Made by a program: the position numbers and the translations under genes | Source: a virus | Taxonomy: Duplodnaviria > Caudoviricetes | DNA length: 64,000 nucleotides | Strand: one strand, 5' to 3' | IMG/VR virus record: IMGVR_UViG_3300014205_000002 | Coordinates: 96,001-160,000 of that record | Shown here: in pieces, positions 1 to 9,609 of the stretch | How the letters are laid out: each line of letters opens with the position of its first letter | Position numbering within the stretch: the stretch's first letter is position 1 | Notes under the pieces: model-generated | Seen by the model: the letters and a program-made list of their open reading frames with translations, nothing else | What the model was told of the DNA's origin: nothing | The model's database searches: none

Positions 1-2
1 AT

Positions 3-227
3 GCGGAGCAACTCCAGACGTCCTTCTGCAAGCTCTCGCGCGACGACAACAAGACCATGGTCCTGCCGTTTAGCGGAAAATACGAGCACATGGAGAAGGT
101 CACGGATATGCTCAGGGCCTGCTACGCCCTGCGCAAGGCCGGCGTCACCGGTGCCGCCTTCTGGGAGCCGTTCGTCGCCTACCGGAAGGAGTGCGGGCTT
201 GAGGAAGTCTACCCCGCCGCCGAGTAG
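3..227 (+). CDS. 3' end of a hypothetical gene truncated by the window edge
   Basis: Open frame 3 (AEQLQTSFCKLSRDD...EEVYPAAE*) with GC3-rich codons; TAG at 225-227. Confidence 0.6.
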   Translation, partial: AEQLQTSFCKLSRDDNKTMVLPFSGKYEHMEKVTDMLRACYALRKAGVTGAAFWEPFVAYRKECGLEEVYPAAE

Positions 228-402
228 CCGCCCGTCGCTCGTCGATCGCCTGTGGAACCTGCTGCACCACGGGCGAAGCCAGCGCCATCCGGTGGTACCC
301 TGTGGAGGGTGCGGCCGGCCGATCGGTCTCGCGTCGCCCCATGTCCTCCTCGGCGAGGTTCCCTTCCACACGGGCTGTCAGCCCAAGGAGATCGTCACAT
401 GA
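199..402 (+). CDS. small Zn-finger protein (CxxC...HxxC)
   Basis: TTG at 199 with AAGGAG at 186-191; CGGCG...FHTGC; stop overlaps next ATG (ATGA). Confidence 0.55.
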   Translation: MRKSTPPPSSRPSLVDRLWNLLHHGRSQRHPVVPCGGCGRPIGLASPHVLLGEVPFHTGCQPKEIVT

Positions 403-644
403 ACCCGGAGATCCAAGAATTGCTGGCGGAAATGTCCGCCGACGACTATTGCAAGTTCAAGTTTGGCAAGCGCATCGAGAAGGCGCTCAAGGCGGCTCCC
501 GTACCCCCCTCGGATCTGGAGCCTGCGATCGCGCTACTTCGCGAGGGCATGGCGAAGCTGGAGGAGGCAACGGGTAAGAAGACCCCGCCCAAAAGCCGTG
601 GCCCCAAGGCCGCAGTCGACCAGCAACCTGCCCAGCCCAAGTAG
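399..644 (+). CDS. hypothetical protein, 81 aa
   Basis: AAGGAG RBS; ATG 399; MNPEIQELLAEM... Confidence 0.75.
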   Translation: MNPEIQELLAEMSADDYCKFKFGKRIEKALKAAPVPPSDLEPAIALLREGMAKLEEATGKKTPPKSRGPKAAVDQQPAQPK

Positions 645-649
645 TCTCG

Positions 650-850
650 TCAGCCAACTCCCCTGGCGAAGAAGACCGGGGGAGCACCTGTTGGCGAAGC
701 CGGGGGAGCGATCCTGTGGAGGTTGCCGATTCCTCAAAATGAGTCCGAATGAGGCGAACGGAAAGGCTCCCAACGCCTCCGACGAGGATCTTCCCTGCCT
801 ACGCTTCGGTCAGCGGGCAGGGTTCCGTGCGTGCCGGGCCTTCGAGGCTC
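650..850 (+). ncRNA. candidate structured intergenic RNA or leader
   Basis: Nested stems GCCAAC653/GTTGGC690, CTCCCCTGG658/CCGGGGGAG676, GATCCT710/AGGATC785, GGAGG718/CCTCC776, CCCTGCC793/GGCAGGG816. Confidence 0.35.
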
Positions 851-877
851 CAGACCGCCCAGAGAAGAGGTGAGAAC

Positions 878-1036
878 GTGATTCGCAACGTATCCCGAGA
901 GACCCTGAGCCAGGTGGCCGATGCCGCCGCCAAGATTGTGCTGGGCGTCGCGTCGCTCGTCGCCATCTACCAGGCCACGAAGGAGGGACACCATGCCCCA
1001 GGCACCGACATTGTCCCCGCCGAGGACGCAAGCTGA
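878..1036 (+). CDS. small membrane protein, 52 aa
   Basis: GAGGTG RBS; GTG 878; hydrophobic AAAKIVLGVASLVAIY. Confidence 0.6.
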   Translation: MIRNVSRETLSQVADAAAKIVLGVASLVAIYQATKEGHHAPGTDIVPAEDAS

Positions 1037-3164
1037 GTTCGCCGAGCTCGGGTTTATGCCCGCTCCGGCCGTGAAGTATTTCTACAAGGACCATGAGCAT
1101 GTCACGCCGCCGGTCCAGCACTACATGCTCCAGAGCATGCGGGTGAACGAGCTGCATACGCTCAGGGGCGTGAACAACGTGTTCTTCGTGAAGCACATGG
1201 GTGAGCTCTGGCTGTGGCCGATCCACAGCCGGGGCTTCGAGGCCTTTGACACATTCATTCACAACCAGGTCTGGGAGGGCGAGGTCTTCGCCAAGATCGA
1301 TCGCAAGGTCGCGAAGGCGATGGGCGACGCGCCAGGCGTCTCGGTGATCCAGGCCCAGGCGGATGGCGGATACATCTGTCGGCTCGACCGGTACGGCGAT
1401 CTGTTCGTTTCCGACACCTACGGCGGCTGGGACAAGCCCGGTCGCCCGCGGGGAGAGAAGCCGCAATTCCATGAGAACGGCTTCGCCTGGCGCTCAGACA
1501 TGGTCGCGGCCGCGTGCATGCTCTGTCCGGACAAGAAGCCGACCTGCATGATGCGGGGGGACGGCCGCGGCGATTACAAGTCGACGCCCAAGGACACCCG
1601 CTGGGTGCAGGACACCCAGGGGCGCTTCCACCACGCGCGCATCGAATACGACGGAACGACCAGCACAGGCCGGGTAGTCGAGATGGCGATCGCACCCGCA
1701 TGCGTGAACAAGACCTTCGTGAAGCTCAAGCCGGAGTTCAAGCTCGACGTCGCGGTTTTTGAGGTCGCAGCGCACCACGGCGAGATGGAGCCGCTCTCTC
1801 AGAGGCTCCGTGAGGCGGCCTGCGATAACTGCGCAGGCTGCTCGCACAAGAAGATGATCGGCAAGAGCCGGCTTGAGCGGAACGAGAATTGCGTGATCAG
1901 CACGAAAGAGTTGGTCGCGGACGTACTCGGCTGGGTCGACCAGACGTTCGGTCGCCGCCGACTCGTTAACCTGCTCGCGGCCATGGATTACGAGTACCGT
2001 GTGCGCGGCCAGGGCCGCAAGGCCTACCGTATCTCCGGCTGGAACTGGCGCAAGGGCCTGGTCAAGCTGCGGCACCAGGTCTGGACCGGCGGGTTCCACG
2101 ACGGTCACAAGGAGATTGAGGCGCTGCCAGCGGACATCACGGCGGTCCGGAAAGCCTACACCGATAGCGAAGAGGCGAAGCAGAGCAAGGTGTTACGCCG
2201 TTACCGTCAGCGCACGTTGGATCTGGAATGCGAAACGGATCAGTTTACGATCAGTGATGAAAACTTGGCTGCCGTGGCGCTGACGCTCAACCTGTTCAGC
2301 CACAGTGACAAGCCGACGGTGTTCGTGCCGAAAGACATGTACAAGCTCAAGGGCTTTCGCACCACAATTCACCAGAGTCGCGGTGAAAAACATCACATCG
2401 CCTGTATCTTGATGGATACCACTCGCCGGAACAACGACGAGAAACGGTTCTGGATCATGGGCTGGGAAAATACAATGGAGCAATTCGGCTCTTTTCCGCG
2501 CAGCCGCTACGACGAAGTCAAGAGAGGAGGGCTCCCGCCCTTGCCACCGACACCCAGTGAACCAGACAGCATGGCGATCATGCGAAGCCTTCCGCGCATC
2601 AGCGAGGGTTTTCAGTCGCAACTCCTCAACCGAGCGGTCGAGGATCTCGTCTTCCCGATGTTCGAGGACGACAACCTCAAGACGTACTTCAATCGCCGCT
2701 TTTTCCACGGTGGTGATCTGTGTGACCCGAACGCCGACGCGCTGTATGTGCTCTACAAACCTCGCGTCAACCAACTCCGGCAGCCCATGGACGACATCGC
2801 CCAGGTCCTCGGACACATGACCTTCTACTGCGACGTGCCGGCTGCGGGCGGCTGGTTCTCTGATGACGACGTGCGAGCCATGTTGGTTGCGCACCGGCTG
2901 CGGGTGGTGGACGCACGGGGTGTCGAGATCCCCGATGCGCTCCAGTGGATCGCTCCGATCGGACTGGAAGCCGGCAAGCCCTGGGCGACCGGTCCGTGCG
3001 AGGCTGGCGCTCATGCCTACATCCTGCCCGCAGAGCCTGGCAAGTCCATCCCTGCGCGCCTGGAGGTCGGCTACCGGATGAAGGTCACGAGCGGTGAGGA
3101 TTCCAATAAGCAGGCAGTGCAGAGCCTGCTGTTCGTTCAGCCACTCGCGCCAGGCAGGCCATGA
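993..3164 (+). CDS. large hypothetical protein, 723 aa, with Cys clusters
   Basis: AGGAGG RBS; ATG 993; CMLC and CDNCAGC motifs; no recognised family. Confidence 0.85.
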   Translation: MPQAPTLSPPRTQAEFAELGFMPAPAVKYFYKDHEHVTPPVQHYMLQSMRVNELHTLRGVNNVFFVKHMGELWLWPIHSRGFEAFDTFIHNQVWEGEVFAKIDRKVAKAMGDAPGVSVIQAQADGGYICRLDRYGDLFVSDTYGGWDKPGRPRGEKPQFHENGFAWRSDMVAAACMLCPDKKPTCMMRGDGRGDYKSTPKDTRWVQDTQGRFHHARIEYDGTTSTGRVVEMAIAPACVNKTFVKLKPEFKLDVAVFEVAAHHGEMEPLSQRLREAACDNCAGCSHKKMIGKSRLERNENCVISTKELVADVLGWVDQTFGRRRLVNLLAAMDYEYRVRGQGRKAYRISGWNWRKGLVKLRHQVWTGGFHDGHKEIEALPADITAVRKAYTDSEEAKQSKVLRRYRQRTLDLECETDQFTISDENLAAVALTLNLFSHSDKPTVFVPKDMYKLKGFRTTIHQSRGEKHHIACILMDTTRRNNDEKRFWIMGWENTMEQFGSFPRSRYDEVKRGGLPPLPPTPSEPDSMAIMRSLPRISEGFQSQLLNRAVEDLVFPMFEDDNLKTYFNRRFFHGGDLCDPNADALYVLYKPRVNQLRQPMDDIAQVLGHMTFYCDVPAAGGWFSDDDVRAMLVAHRLRVVDARGVEIPDALQWIAPIGLEAGKPWATGPCEAGAHAYILPAEPGKSIPARLEVGYRMKVTSGEDSNKQAVQSLLFVQPLAPGRP

Positions 3165-3194
3165 ACTGGTTTGACGCGCCAGCGCTCCTCCTCG

Positions 3195-3215
3195 ACCTGC
3201 CCGAACAGGTATAAT
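3195..3215 (+). promoter_or_regulatory. TATAAT -10 box with abutting inverted repeat
   Basis: TATAAT 3210-3215; ACCTG-N6-CAGGT 3195-3210; no -35 at 16-18 nt spacing. Confidence 0.5.
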
Positions 3216-3328
3216 GAGTCACCCAGCCATCCGAGAGGATGGTCGGGCCTGAAACTTACCGTAGGGCCACGAAGGGGATGCGGCTCCCCTCGACGGCCGT
3301 TCCGTCTTGATGAAAGGACACCACCACC

Positions 3329-4660
3329 ATGGCATACCGTCTCAACCTCGCCATCAAGTTCGCCTTCGCCGCCGACCGCACCGCCGAGCTGGCTCCGGCC
3401 GGCCAGGTGCGCAACTACACGACCGTCATGGGGATTGGCGAGAAGTCGCAGGGCAAGACCGCGACCGTCAAAGCCGCCGCCCAGCAGATCGCCCAGGCCC
3501 TCGGCAAGAAATTCGTCGAGAGCGCCTCACCCGGCCCCGACGAGTTCGGCTTCTGCATCGCGGACCTCTCCGGCGACACCGCAGAGTCGATCGCGGGCCT
3601 GATGGATCGCGAGGAGCGCGAGGGCCGTCGCGTCACCATCTTCGACGCGCACCACTGGTTCCCGCGCCAGGGCACGGGCATCCTCGTGTTCGACGAATGG
3701 AACCGCATCAGCCCGATGGCCGCCCCCGTACTCCAGCAGGCCGCCGACAAGCACCAGCTGGGCCCGCACACCGCGCCCAAGGGCTGGACCTTCGTGTTCA
3801 TCGGTAACCCGCCCGAGGGGGCCTCAGGTAATCAGTACCAGGTCAATGAGGGCTTTGACGACTCGTTCTTCTCGCGCTTCACGGTACTGCCGGTCAGTAT
3901 TGGCAAGGAGGACTTCGTTCGTTATGCCCTGTCACAGGGCTTCCGCAATGAGGTCGTCAACTTCGTTGCGACCGCCGACGATCTGCTGACGGCACCCGAA
4001 GAGGGTCTCAGGCTGGAGAGCAAATTCCCGATCCATCCGAGCAGCCGCGCGCTGGAGACCGTGAACAACCTGCTCGAAGGCTGCGCCTATGCAGAGCGGA
4101 TCTTCAAGCTGCGGCACCTCACCGACCCCAAGAACGAGGATATGTTCCTGCATCTGGTCGGCGGCGCGCTGGGCAAGAAAACGGCGATCGCCATGCACCA
4201 GAGCCTGACGTCCCGCGAGAAGCCGCTGGACGCCGAGGACATCATGGACAACTACTCCTCCAGGGACGCCGAGAGCCAGGAGAGCCCACAGGACAAGGTG
4301 CGCCGCTGGAGCCAGCCGACCAACATGGATCAGGCGCTGCTTGCGACCATCACGAGCGAGCGGGTCGCTCGCTACATCATCGCGATCGATCGCGCCGACC
4401 GCGAGGCCATCAAGCGGATGGAAGCCAAGCTCGGCAACCTCGACGCCTTCCTCGGTGACCTGCGCCATGAGGAGGTGACGATGTTCAATCGCACCATTCA
4501 GCAACACGGCTCGCGCGGCGTGAAGCTGCTCGACATCATTCAGAAGTACACCCAGCGCAACCTGCAAGGCATCGACGCGGGCCGTACGGGCTCGGTCGTG
4601 TCGAATGCGGAGCTGTACGACACCGACGACAGCCAGCCGCTCGCCGCGGCGACGGCCTAG
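3329..4660 (+). CDS. MoxR/AAA_5-like AAA+ ATPase
   Basis: Walker A GEKSQGKT, Walker B ILVFDEWNR, sensor FIGNP, Arg finger SRF; usual partner of DUF2201. Confidence 0.9.
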   Translation: MAYRLNLAIKFAFAADRTAELAPAGQVRNYTTVMGIGEKSQGKTATVKAAAQQIAQALGKKFVESASPGPDEFGFCIADLSGDTAESIAGLMDREEREGRRVTIFDAHHWFPRQGTGILVFDEWNRISPMAAPVLQQAADKHQLGPHTAPKGWTFVFIGNPPEGASGNQYQVNEGFDDSFFSRFTVLPVSIGKEDFVRYALSQGFRNEVVNFVATADDLLTAPEEGLRLESKFPIHPSSRALETVNNLLEGCAYAERIFKLRHLTDPKNEDMFLHLVGGALGKKTAIAMHQSLTSREKPLDAEDIMDNYSSRDAESQESPQDKVRRWSQPTNMDQALLATITSERVARYIIAIDRADREAIKRMEAKLGNLDAFLGDLRHEEVTMFNRTIQQHGSRGVKLLDIIQKYTQRNLQGIDAGRTGSVVSNAELYDTDDSQPLAAATA

Positions 4661-4663
4661 CCC

Positions 4664-5236
4664 GTGCAGACCACTGTCGACGTCGAGGCGCTGCTCGCCC
4701 GCGCGAACGAGCGTGGCGACGCGACCTCGCTGATCATCGACCTCAAGCTCGTTTCGGCGGAGAAGATACGGATCTTCGCCGCCTCACTCGCGCGCGACGC
4801 ACTCAAGGCGGTTGAGAACGTGGATCTTCGCGCCGTCCGCTGCGTGCGCGCGGCGGAGGCCTACGCCCTGGGCACACTGTCAGCCAACACCTACGAGCAC
4901 ACCCGGCAGATATACAGTCATGCGCACATCGCCTGGACGGAGGTCCAGGCGGTGGTTCAGCAGAAGCCGGTCGAGCCGCCGCACATGCTTTGGGCCCTGC
5001 GCGACGCACGAATGGCCGCGTTCATCCTGCTCAACGATGTCTTTGCGGCCGACGTCTGTCCCGACGTCTGGTATGCGGCGGGATGCGTGATTCCGCTCTA
5101 CGCGACGGCGATGGCGCGCTCTCGACTAATCCCGGAGAAAACGGCGCGCTGGGTGGCGGCCCATCACCAGGCGATCGACAAGGTCGAACACGATCTGATT
5201 GCGCTCGTTCGCAGCGAAAAGGAGTCCGGATGCTGA
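4664..5236 (+). CDS. Imm5-like alpha-helical protein
   Basis: RIFAASLARDAL...DLRAVRCVRAAEAYALG resembles the Imm5-like FAxxCAxxxL...DxRxxxAIxxAxxxAxG pattern. Confidence 0.55.
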   Translation: MQTTVDVEALLARANERGDATSLIIDLKLVSAEKIRIFAASLARDALKAVENVDLRAVRCVRAAEAYALGTLSANTYEHTRQIYSHAHIAWTEVQAVVQQKPVEPPHMLWALRDARMAAFILLNDVFAADVCPDVWYAAGCVIPLYATAMARSRLIPEKTARWVAAHHQAIDKVEHDLIALVRSEKESGC

Positions 5237-6720
5237 CTCAACTCAAGAGCCCCAAGCTGTTCAAGCGGCTTGAGACCACCATGACTTATCTCATGTACGA
5301 CAAGAGCGAGATGGGACGCCTCTACAATGGCATCCTGAGGCGCTCAAAGGTCATCATCGTGGACAGCATGCCGAGCCTGTCGCGGGCGGCTGTGTGCATG
5401 GAGGGGATCAAGCCCACCTTCATCTTCACGCCCGAGTACTTCGAGGAGCCGCTCCAGGTTCAGATCGACATCCTGTGTCATGAGATGTACCACCTAATCT
5501 TGAAGCACCCGATCCTTTATCGCGATCTGGAGGGCCCCAAGCTCGTGTTCAGGACGGGGCTACCGAGGCCGCAGCACCAGCAGATCGTGACGGTGATCAA
5601 CCTTGCCGCCGATGCGGTCGTGAACCAGCGGCTGCGGCCCGAGCAGGTCCAGGCGGGCTGGGTGCTGCCCGAGCGCTACGGCCTGGAACCGCACCGCGAC
5701 ACGACCTACTACCATGCGAAGTTCATGGAGATGTTCCCAGAGACCCCGCCCGAAAGCGGCTTCGGCGAGGGCGACGCGGACATGATGCTGATGCCGCAGG
5801 CTGGCGAGCCGGATGGCGAGCCGAGCGAGGACGCCACGGAGCTTGAGGTCGTGGTGCCGGCGGCGGAACCAGAAGGCGAGACGGAACCCATCCTGCGCGC
5901 CGAGCGCGCCATTCAGGGTTCCGCCGAGCAGGGCCCCATGCGCCAGCTTCATGAAGGCGTCCAGCAGGACTACGGCATCGCACCCGACGGCCAACTCGCG
6001 AATCCGCATCTGATGTGGAAGATCGGGCCTGAGGGCATCGGCAACGGCATCACCGACCCCGGCCTCGCCGAGGAAGCGATCCGCCAGGTGATCGCCAAGG
6101 CTGCGCTCGCGTTGACACCCCAGCAGCGCGGCACGCTGCCGGGCTGGCTCCAGCAGGAGATCGAGAGCGCGCTCAAGCCCTCGCGGGTGCCGTGGTTCTA
6201 CACGCTCAGGCGTTGCTTCGCGCGGCTCGGGGCGATGACCATGCGCAAGACCGTCGTGCGACCGAACCGCCACACCGGCGGCCGACCGGGTGTGCGGCCC
6301 GTACTCAAGCGCAAGATCATTGTCGCGATCGACGAGAGTTGCTCGGTCTCGGACTCGTGGGTCCAGCAGTTCAAGAGCGAGATCCACCACGCCTGGACGA
6401 TGGGCGTCGACGTCTGGGTGATCACGCACAACAGCGTCGTGACGAGCATGTATCGCTACAACGGCAAGAATCTGGCCTGGGGCCGCAAGGGTGGCGGCAC
6501 CGATCACACGGAAGTGATCGATCGCGCCAATGCGGAGAAGGCCGACTTGCTCGTGTGCATGACCGACGGCTACACCGGCGTCGCCGAGGGCACCCGCCCG
6601 AAGCACGGCATGAAGGTCGCCTGGGTCACGACGCCAGACGGCGTGAACCCGGTGGATCAGGACTACTGCGACTTCGGGTTCCATGTGCCCATCTACGAGC
6701 TGGAGGAGGAGGCCGCTTGA
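5230..6720 (+). CDS. DUF2201 metallopeptidase-VWA protein
   Basis: HEMYH zincin motif, NLAADAVVN, acidic linker, MIDAS AIDESCSVS, GGGTD, MTDG. Confidence 0.92.
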   Translation: MLTQLKSPKLFKRLETTMTYLMYDKSEMGRLYNGILRRSKVIIVDSMPSLSRAAVCMEGIKPTFIFTPEYFEEPLQVQIDILCHEMYHLILKHPILYRDLEGPKLVFRTGLPRPQHQQIVTVINLAADAVVNQRLRPEQVQAGWVLPERYGLEPHRDTTYYHAKFMEMFPETPPESGFGEGDADMMLMPQAGEPDGEPSEDATELEVVVPAAEPEGETEPILRAERAIQGSAEQGPMRQLHEGVQQDYGIAPDGQLANPHLMWKIGPEGIGNGITDPGLAEEAIRQVIAKAALALTPQQRGTLPGWLQQEIESALKPSRVPWFYTLRRCFARLGAMTMRKTVVRPNRHTGGRPGVRPVLKRKIIVAIDESCSVSDSWVQQFKSEIHHAWTMGVDVWVITHNSVVTSMYRYNGKNLAWGRKGGGTDHTEVIDRANAEKADLLVCMTDGYTGVAEGTRPKHGMKVAWVTTPDGVNPVDQDYCDFGFHVPIYELEEEAA

Positions 6721-8183
6721 GCTTCAATACCCGCACCGAGAGCGCTGCGGCCGCAGCGCTGCTCGATCAGGTCCACGGATTGAGTCCCGACGATCAGGCC
6801 AACTTCATCGCGCAGCTGCTCGCAGACTACCTTGAGGTCGACGGACTCGGCCGCACCATCGCCGCCCTGGACGAACTCGTGGCCGTCCTGCCGGCCGGGC
6901 CCGGTATCGACGCGCTCATGAAGCTCCAGCTCCGGTGGGAGGAGACCGAGGGCGACAAGAACAGCTACGGCTTTGCGACCTGGGGTTACGCGGTGAGTAA
7001 CCCAGGCCTGTCGGACGACTTCATAAACCTGATCGTCGAGCGTCGCCCCAGCGTGCTTGTGCCGGGGAGCACCTATGCGCGCACCATTGCGGCTAAACTC
7101 ACGCCCGCGCAGTTCCTGCGGGTGGTCGAGACGGAAGGGGCCAGCGAGGGCGTGGCGAAGGCCATCCTCGATCGTTTCAAGGACGTGGTGACGCCTCAGG
7201 CCGTCTGGACCTTCGCCCAGAAGTGGGCCGAGAACCCCAAGCACAGCGCGCCCGTCAGCTTCCACGCCAATGCCATGAACGACGCGATCGACAACGTCCT
7301 GCGCATGGCGATCGCGGATCGGCAGACGCCGCCGGCGATCGTTGGGGCGCTCTATGCTGCATGGGTACTGGTTCGACCGGAACTCGCCTTGCACCCGAAC
7401 CTGCCCCAGAAAGACTTCGACGCGGCCGTCGAGGTACTGGTGACGCACCCATGGGGCGAGTGGCCGAAAGAGTGGGCGGGCGTCGCCTGCGAGCTCGTGC
7501 GCTCGCCCCGGCTGCCCGCCTCCGTAGTGAACTACCTGCTCGACGAGCCGCGGAGTTGGCGTTACCTCGGCTCCAACCCGGCGTTGCCGGCGAACATCCG
7601 CACGATCATCATCGAGCAGGGTAGCCCAGCCGACTACCTCGGCCTGATCGAAAACCGCGCGATCGACCCCGCCGAGTTCAAGGCCTGGTTTGAGCGGGCC
7701 GTGGATCTGGGGACCGGGGTCGAACTCAACGACTCCAACCTCCTGAACCACCCATGCATGACCGGCGCGCAGCTCGCGGTGTTCGCCCATTACATCCGCA
7801 TCTGGTCGCCCGCCAAGTTCAGCGCCCATCTACGCAGCTCCGCCGCATGCGATAAATCGCTGGCGGCGGCCATTCGCGGGGCTCGGAGTTGCAATATAAC
7901 CAGCATCGTGAGCACGCTCACGAAGTTTCTCGCCAAACCCCATGGCCGTGAGCGGGCGGGTGTCCAGACTCTGGAGGCGTGTCTCGGCTGCGTAAAGTCC
8001 GCTGGCAGCAACGACAACGGCCTGCGCGCCGCGGTGGCCCGGCATCCGGCGGTGGACGCAGGGATCCTCAAGCGGCTCGCCAAGATCCAGAATCGCGACG
8101 TGCGTGCAGCCGTGGGGGCTGCGCGTGTGCGACTCAACCAAAAGGAGCCCGCGAATGACTCAGCAGAAGCTGCCTCTGCCTGA
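6717..8183 (+). CDS. LRV/HEAT-like helical-repeat protein, paralog 1
   Basis: TTG overlapping upstream TGA, GGAGG RBS; repeats LALHPNLP, LVRSPRLP, LGSNPALP, LLNHPCMT, VARHPAVD. Confidence 0.8.
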   Translation: MSFNTRTESAAAAALLDQVHGLSPDDQANFIAQLLADYLEVDGLGRTIAALDELVAVLPAGPGIDALMKLQLRWEETEGDKNSYGFATWGYAVSNPGLSDDFINLIVERRPSVLVPGSTYARTIAAKLTPAQFLRVVETEGASEGVAKAILDRFKDVVTPQAVWTFAQKWAENPKHSAPVSFHANAMNDAIDNVLRMAIADRQTPPAIVGALYAAWVLVRPELALHPNLPQKDFDAAVEVLVTHPWGEWPKEWAGVACELVRSPRLPASVVNYLLDEPRSWRYLGSNPALPANIRTIIIEQGSPADYLGLIENRAIDPAEFKAWFERAVDLGTGVELNDSNLLNHPCMTGAQLAVFAHYIRIWSPAKFSAHLRSSAACDKSLAAAIRGARSCNITSIVSTLTKFLAKPHGRERAGVQTLEACLGCVKSAGSNDNGLRAAVARHPAVDAGILKRLAKIQNRDVRAAVGAARVRLNQKEPANDSAEAASA

Positions 8184-9609
8184 CACCGTGGAGACGGTGC
8201 GGGCCCAGGCCGAGAAGCTTTCCAGCGCCGACCAGGCGGATTTGCTCGCGCAGATGCTGGGCGGCTTCTTGCGCCACGACATCGACCGCGTGCTGGTGCC
8301 GGCGGCCGACAAGGCGGCGACGCGCAATGGCCTCAGGCTCCTGCGCGCGCTGGTCGATCGCCAGGCCCGGCCGGCCGGTCCCGGCGGCCCATTGAAGCCG
8401 CCCGAGGCCATGCGGCATGTGGTACTGGACATCGCCCAGAACCCGATGGCGGACGAGGAGCTGGTGACCTGGGCTATTCGGTACGGCGTCAGCGAGCTGC
8501 TCAAGATCACCGACAAGGATCGCAATAAGGCCTACCGGCCAGACGAGGTGCGCGAGCCCTGGTTCACCGACGAACGGGTGGCGCTGATCATCGAGACCCA
8601 TATGCCGATCGGCGCGCTGATGGACTGGATGGGGCACTACATGCTGGATCTCCCGGTGCCTTTGCGCGAGGCCTATCTCGCCAAGCTCGTGGTGGCCGAG
8701 CGCGAACTGGGATTGCCCGGGCGGCTGCGGGACAGCCGCCGCGAGCAGATCGTGCATCTGGCCTTCAAGACCTATGAACTCTCGGTGGCGTCGGTGCTGG
8801 CGCTGTGGGAGGTTTACCCGATGCACCGCGACATCCTGTTGTTTCACCGGGGCATGCCCGAGGAGGTGGCGCTCGCGAAGATGGGTGAGTTCTGTGAGGA
8901 CGCGCCCATCAAGGGCAAGCCCCACGAGACCGTCACCAACGACCGCCGGCTGTTTGAGGCGATGTTCACCTGGCCGAAGCTGCCGACGAAGTTCATGTAC
9001 TTCTTTATGGATGATCCCGAACTCCGGCCGCTGATCGCCGACAACCCCAAGCTACCGGCCGACCTCGCGTGCATGCTCGCAGGTTTCCGCGAGTGGCCGG
9101 TGGTCGAGAAACTACTCAGGCATCAGACCCTGCCTCAGCAAACCTGGCAGGAGGTCTTTGAGGAGGCCTTCCGTATCAACATGACGGAAGCCATCAAGTG
9201 CGGTCGCGCAAACCCCCTGGCGAGCCCTGAGCAGCTCTCAGAGATGTGGCTGAGTGACATCGGCGACGCGGCGCGGACGTTGGAGTACCTCGCCCACCCA
9301 GCCTGCTCGTCCAAGCTCTACTGGCAGATCGTGGCTTCCAGTCGTCGCAAGGACTGGTGGGGCCGGGTGCTGGCGGTGTTACTAGAGGACGAAAGCATGT
9401 CCGAGGCGAAGCTGGTCAAGCTCTGCGGATTCAAGCAGGGCGACGACAAGTGGATCGACAAGTTCCCCGCCTCGGCCTGCACCAAGCTCGCCCAGCACCC
9501 CCATGCGCCGCTTTGGGCGCTGGAGATAGTATCGGAGTATGCGGGCCCGCAGGATGCCCGGGCCGCCGATGACAACATTGAGAAGCGGAAAGCGAGAATG
9601 ACAGCATGA
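8155..9609 (+). CDS. LRV/HEAT-like helical-repeat protein, paralog 2
   Basis: AAGGAG RBS; IAQNPMAD, IADNPKLP, LAHPACS, LAQHPHAP. Confidence 0.82.
   Translation: MTQQKLPLPDTVETVRAQAEKLSSADQADLLAQMLGGFLRHDIDRVLVPAADKAATRNGLRLLRALVDRQARPAGPGGPLKPPEAMRHVVLDIAQNPMADEELVTWAIRYGVSELLKITDKDRNKAYRPDEVREPWFTDERVALIIETHMPIGALMDWMGHYMLDLPVPLREAYLAKLVVAERELGLPGRLRDSRREQIVHLAFKTYELSVASVLALWEVYPMHRDILLFHRGMPEEVALAKMGEFCEDAPIKGKPHETVTNDRRLFEAMFTWPKLPTKFMYFFMDDPELRPLIADNPKLPADLACMLAGFREWPVVEKLLRHQTLPQQTWQEVFEEAFRINMTEAIKCGRANPLASPEQLSEMWLSDIGDAARTLEYLAHPACSSKLYWQIVASSRRKDWWGRVLAVLLEDESMSEAKLVKLCGFKQGDDKWIDKFPASACTKLAQHPHAPLWALEIVSEYAGPQDARAADDNIEKRKARMTA

Noticed and set aside
735-762. Hammerhead-like ATGAGTCCGAATGAGGCGAAC
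   Set aside because: Lacks the CUGANGA core and a proper stem II / GAAA junction
3171-3215. TTGACG plus TATAAT as one sigma70 promoter
   Set aside because: The spacer is 33 nt, far beyond 16-18
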